Assembly: GCA_900539115.1 (NCBI GenBank)
Contig: UQAQ01000001.1
Location: 21,368-85,367, forward strand
Origin: an uncultured Roseburia sp.
Lineage (GTDB): Bacteria; Bacillota; Clostridia; Lachnospirales; Lachnospiraceae
Reading direction: 5' to 3'
DNA: 64,000 nt
Positions within the stretch are counted from its first letter, which is position 1, and each line of letters begins with the position of its first letter. A program made the translations under genes and the position numbers. The notes under the pieces were generated by a model that did no database searches, was not told the origin of the DNA, and saw only the letters and a program-made list of their open reading frames with translations. This document shows, piece after piece, positions 30,212 to 40,452 of the stretch.

Positions 30212-31168
30212 ATGAAAAAGCGAATTAGTGTATTGATACCAACGTACAACGAAGAAGAAAACGTCGTGCCATTAAGCGAAGCAATTGTGGCAGAGTTTCA
30301 AAAAAGTCTTCCGCAATATGAGTATGAAATTGTTTTTATAGACAATGACTCTACCGATACTACAAGAGATAAAATTCGTATGATCTGCAAGAAAGATCCG
30401 CAGATCAAGGCTATCTTTAATGCAAAGAATTTTGGACAATTTAATTCACCATATTATGGTTTGATGCAGACTACGGGAGAATGCGTAATCCTTATGTGTG
30501 CGGATTTCCAGGATCCGATTGATATGATTCCCAAATTTGTTGCAGAATGGGAAGCGGGCAATAAAATTGTGATCGGAATTAAATCGAAAAGTAAAGAAAA
30601 TAAAATTATGTATTTCTTGCGAAGCTGTTATTATAAGCTCATCAAAAAGATGTCGAGTGTAGAGCAGATTGAACATTTTACCGGGTTTGGCTTATATGAC
30701 AGAGGGTTTATCGAAGTATTGAAAGAGCTGGATGACCCGACTCCGTTTCTTCGCGGAATTGTAGCAGAACTCGGATATAAGAGAAAAGATATAGAATATC
30801 AGCAGGAAAAAAGACGTGCCGGAAAGACACACAATAATTGGTATAGTTTATATGACGCGGCGATGCTTGGGTTTACATCCTATACAAAAGTGGGGATGCG
30901 GATCGCTACGATCGCAGGCTTCATATTGTCTGGGATCAGTGTTGTAGTTGCCTTGATATACCTGGTCTTGAAATTGATTTTTTGGGATCGTTTCGTGGCA
31001 GGTATGACACCAATTCTTTTGGGAATATTTATATTTGGATCGATTCAATTGTTTTTTATCGGACTGCTTGGCGAATATATAATGAATATTAATTCCCGAG
31101 TGACACACCGTCCGCTTGTGATTGAGGAAGAAAGAGTAAATTTTGATAAAGCAGGAGATGAGGAATAA
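30212..31168 (+). CDS. GT2 polyprenyl-phosphate sugar synthase (GtrB/CsbB/DPM1-like) with C-terminal TM helices
   Basis: ISVLIPTYNEEENV..FIDNDSTDTT is the DPM1-like GT2 pattern. Two C-terminal TM segments follow. The start was moved to the ATG at 30212, behind GGAGA. Confidence 0.75.
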   Translation: MKKRISVLIPTYNEEENVVPLSEAIVAEFQKSLPQYEYEIVFIDNDSTDTTRDKIRMICKKDPQIKAIFNAKNFGQFNSPYYGLMQTTGECVILMCADFQDPIDMIPKFVAEWEAGNKIVIGIKSKSKENKIMYFLRSCYYKLIKKMSSVEQIEHFTGFGLYDRGFIEVLKELDDPTPFLRGIVAELGYKRKDIEYQQEKRRAGKTHNNWYSLYDAAMLGFTSYTKVGMRIATIAGFILSGISVVVALIYLVLKLIFWDRFVAGMTPILLGIFIFGSIQLFFIGLLGEYIMNINSRVTHRPLVIEEERVNFDKAGDEE

Positions 31169-31171
31169 GGT

Positions 31172-33358
31172 ATGAAAAAAGAGAATAATGTAAAAAAAAT
31201 GAGATGGAATATGAAAAATCCGGACAGTTTAAAATGGTATTTTTTGATCGGCGCGTTGATCGGAGCCGTGTTGTTTGTGCTGATCTATGGATTTAGTGTT
31301 TTGAATGTGACAAACGATGCCTGGCTTTTGACGGGAAAAGATCTTCAGCAGCATTACATTGGCTGGAAGTATTACCGCGATGCAGCATGGACTTTTCCGA
31401 TTGGTTTACATGATGGTTTAACACATCCATATATGGTAAGTGTTCTTTATACAGACTCGATTCCATTATTTGCCATTTTCTTTAAAGCACTGTCTCCACT
31501 GTTGCCGGAGACGTTTCAGTACTTTGGATTGTTTGGCTTGATGTGTTATATGTTGAACGGTGGTTTTGCGGCATTGATTGTGGCAAAAATTCGGAAGAAT
31601 AAATTGTACTGTGCTATGGGAAGTGTGTTCTTTATCCTTTCTACACCTGTATTGCAGCGTATGTTTGGATTGTTGACACAAAATTCTCGTCATACTTCAC
31701 TGGCAGCACACTTTTTGATTCTGGCGCCGATTGCAATCTGGATGTACCGTGATCGTTTTCAGAAAATTTGGAAAGCCGCAGCTGCATTTGCAATTCTGGG
31801 AGCTCTCTGTGTTTTGATTCAGATGTACATTATTTTTATTGTAGGTGGACTGATGTGTGGCTATCTGCTTCATAGTTTGTTGGAAGAGCGTAAATGGAAA
31901 CGTGTATTTATTGTATTTGGAAGTTTTGTGGCAGCTTTTTTGGTAACCTTCTTTGTGGTTGGTGGATTTACCGATGTACTGGATTCAGGAAGTAACGGAT
32001 TTGGACTGTATTCAGCCAATCTGAATGCATTAATCAATCCATATGAATATTCTTCGTTCTTCCCTGGAATGGGAATGCGAAGCGGCCAGTATGAGGGATT
32101 TGCTTATCTGGGACTTGGTATGATCGTATTGTGTGCTATTGGTATCGGATTATTGATTCGTCGTATGATTCAGATGCACAAAGTAAAGAAACTGTGGATT
32201 CGGATGAAACAGTTTATTAAAAAGCATGTCAGTGGACTGGTTTCCCTGTCGATTGTTGTCATTGTATTTGGGTCTTTGGCACTTACAACCTGGGTATATA
32301 TTGGAAAACATATTGTTTTACAGGTATACCTTCCGCAATTTTGTTATGATGTTCTTGCTATTGTACGTTCTTCCGGACGTTTTATCTGGGTGATCATGTA
32401 TATGGCGATGATTTTTGGACTATATATGGCAGCAAGAATGATCCGCAATAAAAAAGTTTGTACGATCATTGTCGCAGTGTGCCTTTGTCTTCAACTTATG
32501 GATCTGGCAAAACCAATTTCCCGGATTCATAAACAGTATACATCAGAACCTGTGGCGGAAGAGGATATGGTAAAAAATGCTTTTTGGGATACGCAGTTAA
32601 AAAATTATAAACATATTGTATATTATCCGGTAGCAGGATATGGTTTGTATCAGATGATGCAGGTCGGAACAAAGGCTTCTATGGTAGAGGGGATGGATGT
32701 AAATTATTTTTACATGTCTCGCTTTATTAAATATAGTTTGATCGAAAAAGAAAATAAAGAGATTAAAAAGAAGTTTATGAATAATGCACTGGATGAAGAT
32801 ACCCTTTATATTGTAGATTACCGTAGTGCACATAAATATAAAAATGTGGCCAATTTTTATGAAGTAGACAATAAAATTTTAGCTTCGAAAAAACCAATTG
32901 CAGATGTTCCGGTTTACCGGGATGTATATTTGAGTGCAGAAAGTCCTTATGTAGAACTTGATTTTTCAGATCAGGGGCTTGGAAAGAAATTTGCACACAG
33001 CGGATGGAATGAGACAGATTTCGGAGATGATGGAACTTGGACTTCCGGTCAGAGTGTTGTTCGTCTTTTGTCAGGAGGTGCTAAGAAAGCGCATGTTACG
33101 GTTGAATATGAAGCCGGAAAGAAGAAGGGAACAACAAAAATTAAGGTTAACGGAAAGGAACGAGCCAAACTGAAAAATAACGAATCCGGCATCGTCGAGT
33201 TTGATACAACGCTTAAGACTACGACAAATGAGCATAAGGGTGAAGGCGTTAACTGGCTGTTCTTTAACACAGATAGTGTATTTAAATCAAAACACAATGA
33301 TGATGATATTACTTGCGGAATCTACGTTAAGAAGATTACGGTAACGTATCTGCGGTAG
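31172..33358 (+). CDS. Large polytopic membrane protein (728 aa) with a ~230-aa C-terminal extracytoplasmic domain; putative GT-C glycosyltransferase using a lipid-linked sugar
   Basis: It has ≥12 TM helices and lies immediately downstream of the GtrB-like gene. This is the classic GtrB + GT-C pairing. Confidence 0.45.
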   Translation: MKKENNVKKMRWNMKNPDSLKWYFLIGALIGAVLFVLIYGFSVLNVTNDAWLLTGKDLQQHYIGWKYYRDAAWTFPIGLHDGLTHPYMVSVLYTDSIPLFAIFFKALSPLLPETFQYFGLFGLMCYMLNGGFAALIVAKIRKNKLYCAMGSVFFILSTPVLQRMFGLLTQNSRHTSLAAHFLILAPIAIWMYRDRFQKIWKAAAAFAILGALCVLIQMYIIFIVGGLMCGYLLHSLLEERKWKRVFIVFGSFVAAFLVTFFVVGGFTDVLDSGSNGFGLYSANLNALINPYEYSSFFPGMGMRSGQYEGFAYLGLGMIVLCAIGIGLLIRRMIQMHKVKKLWIRMKQFIKKHVSGLVSLSIVVIVFGSLALTTWVYIGKHIVLQVYLPQFCYDVLAIVRSSGRFIWVIMYMAMIFGLYMAARMIRNKKVCTIIVAVCLCLQLMDLAKPISRIHKQYTSEPVAEEDMVKNAFWDTQLKNYKHIVYYPVAGYGLYQMMQVGTKASMVEGMDVNYFYMSRFIKYSLIEKENKEIKKKFMNNALDEDTLYIVDYRSAHKYKNVANFYEVDNKILASKKPIADVPVYRDVYLSAESPYVELDFSDQGLGKKFAHSGWNETDFGDDGTWTSGQSVVRLLSGGAKKAHVTVEYEAGKKKGTTKIKVNGKERAKLKNNESGIVEFDTTLKTTTNEHKGEGVNWLFFNTDSVFKSKHNDDDITCGIYVKKITVTYLR

Positions 33359-33380
33359 AGGTAATGAGGAGGATGAAAGG

Positions 33381-34835
33381 ATGGAAAAATTACGTAAACG
33401 GTTAAATGCTTGGAATGATGGAAAGGGAGGCCCAAGAAAAGGAGATTGGATGGCAGCTCTTGCTATCGTTGCGATTTTGACGTTGTTTTTTTGCTTTTTG
33501 AAGGATTTCAAACTTACGGTGACGCAGTCATTAACGTTTGATTCTTGTTTGTTTAATGGAAGATTGAAGGATTTTTATACTATTGTAAACAAACAGGCAT
33601 TGTCTGGGTACTACGATGCTGTCTGGGGCAAAAATTTAAGTGCCGGTGCGAATTATTCCATCATTAATTACGCGACACTGGGAGTGTTATGTCTTCCGAT
33701 TTATGTGATAGAGAAATTAGCACATATTACAATTCCTTTTGTTGTTTATGAATTGGAATTGAAATTGTTATTTGCTGTGGCTGTTCTTTATCTTACAAAG
33801 GTTCTTGCAGATATTTGTACAGCAGTTTCAATGAAAGAAGAGACGAAAAAGTGGGTAACGTTCTGCTTCCTTACTTCACCGATTTTATGGTATGGATTTT
33901 TGATGATCTCTCAGATGGATATCTTTGCCGTATTATTTATGGTTTTAGGACTGCGTGCTTGGTTACAAAAGAAAAAGATATGGGAATTGGCGTTTTTTGC
34001 CATAGCGGTATTTTACAAACCGCTTGTTTTGATTGGTTTGATTCCATTGTTTTTACTTCGTGAAAAAAGGATCAGCTATATTTTACGAGATTGTATTGTG
34101 TCGGTACTTGGTTTGCTTTTGCAACAGATTTTTTATGGATCAGATCCGGGATATCAACGGGTGCAGAAGTATATGAGCGGATTGTATAGTTTTTGGGAAC
34201 GTTTATTCAATGCGGGAATTCCGACGACTCGAAATGTTTATACGGCAAATAGCAGTTATTTTATCATTTTGTTTATATTGATCTGCATTGTGGCTTACAG
34301 TATTCATAACGTGACAATGCAGCTTGCTTTTGGTTTGCCGATGCTTAGCTGGCTGTCATTTATTTTATTTGTTCAGTGGCATCCAAACTGGCTTTTCTAT
34401 ATGGTGCCGTTTGCAGTTATGATGTTAGGTTTTAGTTACCGTAAAAAACTGTTGTGTCTGATTGAGTGTGTATTTAGTGTATGCTGGCTGGCTGTATGTG
34501 CGCTGGGGTGGCTGTTTAATTATGATAATGATTTGATAAACGGCGGTGTTTTTTCGCAGCTTTTGGGAATTCATACGGAAGGCGGAGAGTTTGGTACCAT
34601 TTATCCGATTCTTGTACAAAAAATGGCAGGAATTCCGGTGGACCTTTATATTTCATTATTATCCGCAGTATTGGCAGCGTGGATGGCAGCAGTTGGATTT
34701 GATTTATACCGGAACCGAAAGGACATGAAAATGGGGAAAAAAGAGATGACATTTGAGCGTGGACCTGTATTACTCCGAAGCCTTCCGATGATGTTATTTA
34801 TACTTTATTCATTTGCAATTTGTTTTATCTCTTGA
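33381..34835 (+). CDS. Polytopic membrane protein (484 aa); putative GT-C glycosyltransferase or Wzy-like polymerase
   Basis: It has ~12 TM helices and no soluble catalytic motifs. Confidence 0.4.
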   Translation: MEKLRKRLNAWNDGKGGPRKGDWMAALAIVAILTLFFCFLKDFKLTVTQSLTFDSCLFNGRLKDFYTIVNKQALSGYYDAVWGKNLSAGANYSIINYATLGVLCLPIYVIEKLAHITIPFVVYELELKLLFAVAVLYLTKVLADICTAVSMKEETKKWVTFCFLTSPILWYGFLMISQMDIFAVLFMVLGLRAWLQKKKIWELAFFAIAVFYKPLVLIGLIPLFLLREKRISYILRDCIVSVLGLLLQQIFYGSDPGYQRVQKYMSGLYSFWERLFNAGIPTTRNVYTANSSYFIILFILICIVAYSIHNVTMQLAFGLPMLSWLSFILFVQWHPNWLFYMVPFAVMMLGFSYRKKLLCLIECVFSVCWLAVCALGWLFNYDNDLINGGVFSQLLGIHTEGGEFGTIYPILVQKMAGIPVDLYISLLSAVLAAWMAAVGFDLYRNRKDMKMGKKEMTFERGPVLLRSLPMMLFILYSFAICFIS

Positions 34836-34879
34836 TAAGATAGAACAATAAAAAGAGAACGTAGACAGGAGATACGATT

Positions 34880-35431
34880 ATGAATAAGATAGCAGAAGTA
34901 TTATGGAACTTGATTGAAACAATCGTCCGTGCAGTGTTCGGTGTTATATTGAAGATTGCACACAAAGAACTGAACGAAGAGCAGTGGGAAACCTTGTTTC
35001 AATTTGTGAAATTTGGTTTGGTCGGTGTGTGGAACACCATCTTTAACTATGTGATCTATTTGGTGAGTTTGATTGCTCTGCAGGGAGCCGGCATTGATAA
35101 GATGACAGTGTTAGGATTTGACAATGCGCCTGTTGCAGTTTGGATTGCAACCGCAATCGGATTTTTGATCAGTGTATTTGTTTCGTTCCTGCTTAACAGC
35201 CGTTTTGTATTCAAATTAGAAGAAGGAAAGTCAAGAAGTTTTGGAAAAGCCTTATTAAAGACCTATCTTTCTTATGGAGTGACCGGAATTGTGTTGAACC
35301 CGGTTTTGAATACCGTATGGGTAAGTGTTTGCCATATTTCTGATCGAATCGCACCACTTATCAGTTTGGTTATTGCCATTCCGATTAATTTCCTGATGAA
35401 CAAATTGTGGGCCTTTAAGGCAGAAGAATAA
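34880..35431 (+). CDS. GtrA-family membrane protein (lipid-linked sugar flippase-like)
   Basis: A 183-aa protein with 4 TM helices. The motif VKFGLVGVWNTIFNYVIYLV is typical of GtrA. Confidence 0.7.
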   Translation: MNKIAEVLWNLIETIVRAVFGVILKIAHKELNEEQWETLFQFVKFGLVGVWNTIFNYVIYLVSLIALQGAGIDKMTVLGFDNAPVAVWIATAIGFLISVFVSFLLNSRFVFKLEEGKSRSFGKALLKTYLSYGVTGIVLNPVLNTVWVSVCHISDRIAPLISLVIAIPINFLMNKLWAFKAEE

Positions 35432-35512
35432 AAAAAACCCTTTTCAAATGCCTTTTTGTATGGTAAAATAAATTGTTGAATAATGAATTACTAGAATGAT
35501 GGAGGAAGAATC

Positions 35513-36220
35513 ATGGGAATCAGCGTAGTTTTGCTGGCATATAAGGAAGAAGAAAACCTGAAAGTATTATTGCCGCAAATTATTGAAAATGTTGAGAAAA
35601 CCGGAGAAGAGTTCGAGATATTAGTTATTGATACCGCAGAACCTTTGGATAACACGAAAGGAGTATGCGAGGAGTTTGGTGCTCGTTATATCAATCAGGA
35701 AGAACCCGCATTTGCAGGTGCGTTTAAGACCGGAATCAAATATGCTGAGAAGGACAAGTTCCTGATCTTAGACAGCGACGGATCTCACAACCCTAAGTAT
35801 ATTCCTGATTTATATAAGAAGTTTGTGGATGACAAATGTGATGTTGTTATCGGCTCCCGTTACGTAGAGGGCGGTAAGACAAACGATGCCAAATCATCCA
35901 TCGTGATGTCACATATCTTAAACGGTATGTTCCGCTTTTTCCTTGGAATCAAGGCAAAAGACATTTCTACCGACTATCGTATGTATGAGACAGCACAGCT
36001 GAAAGAAGTAAAACTTACCTGCCACAATTATGATGTGCTTCAGGAAGTTCTTCTGTGTCTGCGCCTCAACAAAGCCGATAAGAAGTTAAAGATCGGGGAA
36101 GTGCCGATCGAGTTTGATAAGAGAATTTATGGGGAATCGAAGAGACAATTGATTCCGTTTATCATGAGTTATATCAAGACACTGTTTAAATTGACGGCAA
36201 AGAGAATTGCCGGAAAATAG
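35513..36220 (+). CDS. GT2 glycosyltransferase (DPM1/GtrB-like catalytic domain, no TM anchor)
   Basis: ISVVLLAYKEEENL..LVIDTAEP..DSDGSHNP is the GT2 signature. It is 235 aa long. Confidence 0.7.
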   Translation: MGISVVLLAYKEEENLKVLLPQIIENVEKTGEEFEILVIDTAEPLDNTKGVCEEFGARYINQEEPAFAGAFKTGIKYAEKDKFLILDSDGSHNPKYIPDLYKKFVDDKCDVVIGSRYVEGGKTNDAKSSIVMSHILNGMFRFFLGIKAKDISTDYRMYETAQLKEVKLTCHNYDVLQEVLLCLRLNKADKKLKIGEVPIEFDKRIYGESKRQLIPFIMSYIKTLFKLTAKRIAGK

Positions 36221-36243
36221 GTTAAAGGACAAAGAGTGATAAT

Positions 36244-37206
36244 ATGTATCCAATGAAATTGGCTCCGGCGTACAAGGATTATCTTTGGGGCGGTCATGAA
36301 CTGGAGCGCCTGTTTGGAAAAGCCGGTGATGGCGATTGTACGGCAGAAAGCTGGGAACTCAGCTGTCATCCGGATGGAAAAAGTACGGTCCGAAATGGAG
36401 CATTTAAGGGGAAAACATTGGAAGAAGTATTGGATCAGTTTCCAGAATATGTTTCCCACAAATTTCAACCAGAAGATAAATTTCCGATTTTGATCAAATT
36501 TATTGATGCAAAGGAAAATCTTTCTATACAGGTTCATCCGTCGGATGAGACGGCAAAGAGTGAGCTGGGCGAGCAGGGGAAAGCCGAGATGTGGTATGTA
36601 CTTGCCGCAAAACCGCATGCCTTTTTGTATTATGGGTTGAACCGGGAAGTTTCCAAAGAAGAGTTGGAGCAGAAGATGCAGGACGGTTCGATTCCGCAGA
36701 TTTTAAATAAAGTAGAGGTGAATGAGGGGGACTGCTTTTTCATTCATCCGGGAACGATCCATGCGATCGGTGCGGGCGTTGTGATTGCGGAGATTCAGCA
36801 GAGTTCCAATACGACATTCCGCGTGTATGACTATCTTCGAAAGGATAAAAACGGAAATTACCGTGAACTCCATGTGGAACGAGGGGTAGAAGTGATTGAC
36901 CGTACTCCGATCGTACCTTCGCAGGTGTTCGATAACAACGAAGTAAGTCTGAAGCATGGAAGGATCCGAAGATTGTTTGAGTGTGATTATTTCTGTGTCA
37001 ATAAGATTGACTGCGAGAATGGAAAGATCAAACTTTGGTGCGATAAGTCCTCGTTCCAGTCGCTGCTTATCGTAAAAGGAAACGGATATTTGGAATATAA
37101 AGGACGCCGCTATGATTTTAAGGCAGGAGACAGTATTTTTGTGCCGGCCGGATTTGGCGAGTATTATATCCATGGTAACAATGAAATCTTAATGTCAAAA
37201 TTATAA
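36244..37206 (+). CDS. manA: Mannose-6-phosphate isomerase, class I (cupin)
   Basis: It matches B. subtilis ManA closely (KDYLWGG, SIQVHPSD, AEMWYVL, FRVYDY). It is 320 aa long. Confidence 0.85.
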   Translation: MYPMKLAPAYKDYLWGGHELERLFGKAGDGDCTAESWELSCHPDGKSTVRNGAFKGKTLEEVLDQFPEYVSHKFQPEDKFPILIKFIDAKENLSIQVHPSDETAKSELGEQGKAEMWYVLAAKPHAFLYYGLNREVSKEELEQKMQDGSIPQILNKVEVNEGDCFFIHPGTIHAIGAGVVIAEIQQSSNTTFRVYDYLRKDKNGNYRELHVERGVEVIDRTPIVPSQVFDNNEVSLKHGRIRRLFECDYFCVNKIDCENGKIKLWCDKSSFQSLLIVKGNGYLEYKGRRYDFKAGDSIFVPAGFGEYYIHGNNEILMSKL

Positions 37207-37234
37207 ATACAAATTTAAGAGGAAAGGAAGAACT

Positions 37235-38305
37235 ATGAAAGTTACAGCAATGATCATGGCAGGTGGACGTGGCGAGCGTTTTTGGCCAAAAAGCCGTAAG
37301 AATCTGCCAAAACAGTTTTTGAGTCTGACGGATGATGGAATTACCATGATCCAGCATACGGTAAATCGTATTCTGCCACTGGTAGATATGGAAGATATTT
37401 ACATTGTGACAAACCGCGATTATAAAGCATTGGCAAAGGAACAGTTGCCGGATCTTCCGGAGGAGAACATTTTGTGCGAACCGGTTGGAAGAAATACGGC
37501 TCCTTGTGTAGGACTTGCTGCCATGCACATTAACAAAAAGTATGACGATGCTCTTATGATCGTGCTTCCATCCGATCATTTGATCAAATACAATTCGATG
37601 TTTGTTGATGTATTGAAAGATGCCTGCCAGGTGGCAGAAAAAGGAAGCAACCTGACGACGATCGGTATTACACCAAACTATCCGGAGACCGGATATGGTT
37701 ACATCAAATTTGATCCGGATCAGAGCGAGGGACGTGCGTATGGCGTCGAGTGCTTTGTAGAGAAGCCAAATCTGAAAAAGGCAAAAGAATATCTTGCAGA
37801 TGAATCCTATCTGTGGAACAGCGGAATGTTTGTCTGGAAGATTTCTACCATCTTAAATAATATGAAAGAATTTATGCCAAAGACCTATGAAGGACTTGTG
37901 AAGATCCAGGATGCGATCGGAACCGAGGAACAGGAAAGTGTTCTTGAGGCTGAATTTGAAAAGATGGATTCGGAATCCATCGATTACGGTATCATGGAAA
38001 AGGCAGAGAATATCTTTGTACTGCCCGGTACATTCGGATGGGATGATGTAGGATCCTGGCTGGCAGTGGGACGTATCCGCTCCACCAATGAATTTGGAAA
38101 TGCCGTTCAGGGAAATGTTATCACAGTAGAGACAAAGAATTCGATCATCGAAGGTTCGGACAAGCTGATCGCAGCCGTAGGACTGGAGGACATCATCGTA
38201 GTAGATACCGAAGATGCGCTGCTGATCTGCGACAAAGGTCATGCCGGAGATATCAAAAAGGTACTTGAAAATCTTAGAATTTGCAACCGCAATGAGTACA
38301 TCTAA
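37235..38305 (+). CDS. manC: Mannose-1-phosphate guanylyltransferase
   Basis: It has the nucleotidyltransferase N-domain (IMAGGRGERFWP) and is 356 aa long. Confidence 0.8.
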   Translation: MKVTAMIMAGGRGERFWPKSRKNLPKQFLSLTDDGITMIQHTVNRILPLVDMEDIYIVTNRDYKALAKEQLPDLPEENILCEPVGRNTAPCVGLAAMHINKKYDDALMIVLPSDHLIKYNSMFVDVLKDACQVAEKGSNLTTIGITPNYPETGYGYIKFDPDQSEGRAYGVECFVEKPNLKKAKEYLADESYLWNSGMFVWKISTILNNMKEFMPKTYEGLVKIQDAIGTEEQESVLEAEFEKMDSESIDYGIMEKAENIFVLPGTFGWDDVGSWLAVGRIRSTNEFGNAVQGNVITVETKNSIIEGSDKLIAAVGLEDIIVVDTEDALLICDKGHAGDIKKVLENLRICNRNEYI

Positions 38306-38331
38306 GATTTTACAATAAATAAAATGAATAG

Positions 38332-39390
<1,059 letters not shown>

Positions 39391-39489
39391 TCTTTTATAT
39401 GAAAACGGCGCCGGGATTAACCGCATATGTGGGCGATGCCAGCGCCTTTTTCACATATTGGATCATTATCAATGAAAGTGAATGAAGGC

Positions 39490-40437
39490 ATGAAAAAAGC
39501 ATTAATTATCGGTGGAGCCGGATTTGTAGGGAAGTATCTGGCCGAATATTTGAGTGGAGAGTGCGGATATCAGGTGCGCTCTACCAAGATGAAACAGGAG
39601 ACACTTGAGCCGGAAGGCTACGATGTCGTGGATATGAATCTTTTGGAAAAACAGGAAGTGGTTGACGTAATCGAGAATTTTGCGCCGGATTACATATTTC
39701 ATCTGGCAGCACAGAGTTCTGTTGCAGTATCCTGGTCAAATCCACAATTGACTGTCGATGTAAATATCAAAGGTGCATTGAATTTATTGGATGTATTAAA
39801 AGAAATGGAATATAAGGGCAGAGTATTGCTGATCGGTTCCGGAGAAGAATACGGAAGAATTCACCCGGATCAGGTGCCGATCGTCGAAGATACGGTACTT
39901 CGCCCAGGAAATATATATGCAGCGACAAAAAGCTGCCAGAATATGCTTGGTACGATCTATGCGCAGGCATATCAGCTGGAACTCGTGATGGTTCGCGCAT
40001 TTACGCACGTAGGACCGAGACAGTCACCGCAGTTCGTTGTGTCTGACTTTTGTAAACAGGTTGTTGAAGTGGAAAAAGGACTGCGTGAGCCGGTAATCCA
40101 TGTCGGAAATCTGAAGGCAAAACGAGACTTTACCGATGTGCGTGATGTGATCGCCGCGTATGAGTGCCTGATTCGTCAGGGAAAGAGCGGAGAGACGTAC
40201 AATGTAGGTTCCGGCAAAGCTTATGAGATTCAGGAAGTTTTAGATAAGATCATAGAACTTTCGGGCCGTGAGATCAATGTAGAGGTGGAACAGGCGAGAC
40301 TTCGTCCAATCGATGTGCCGATCATTGAAGCGGATATTACAAAGATTACAGAGCAGACGGACTGGAAACGTAAGATCAGTCTGGAGCAGACTTTGAAAGA
40401 CACGTTAGACTATTGGCGTGCCAATGTAGAAGCATAA
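39490..40437 (+). CDS. rmd: GDP-4-dehydro-6-deoxy-D-mannose reductase (GDP-D-rhamnose synthase)
   Basis: It aligns to P. aeruginosa Rmd (VIHLAAQSSVAVSWSNP, FTHVGPRQSPQFVVS, RDFTDVRDV, YNVGSG). The start was chosen at MKKALIIGGAGFVG. A possible terminator lies after gmd at ~39399–39450. Confidence 0.7.
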   Translation: MKKALIIGGAGFVGKYLAEYLSGECGYQVRSTKMKQETLEPEGYDVVDMNLLEKQEVVDVIENFAPDYIFHLAAQSSVAVSWSNPQLTVDVNIKGALNLLDVLKEMEYKGRVLLIGSGEEYGRIHPDQVPIVEDTVLRPGNIYAATKSCQNMLGTIYAQAYQLELVMVRAFTHVGPRQSPQFVVSDFCKQVVEVEKGLREPVIHVGNLKAKRDFTDVRDVIAAYECLIRQGKSGETYNVGSGKAYEIQEVLDKIIELSGREINVEVEQARLRPIDVPIIEADITKITEQTDWKRKISLEQTLKDTLDYWRANVEA

Positions 40438-40452
40438 AGGAGGATTATAAAA

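Noticed and set aside
36169-36618. 149-aa minus-strand ORF overlapping the GT2 gene end and manA start
   Set aside because: It overlaps two well-supported plus-strand genes and has no homology features.
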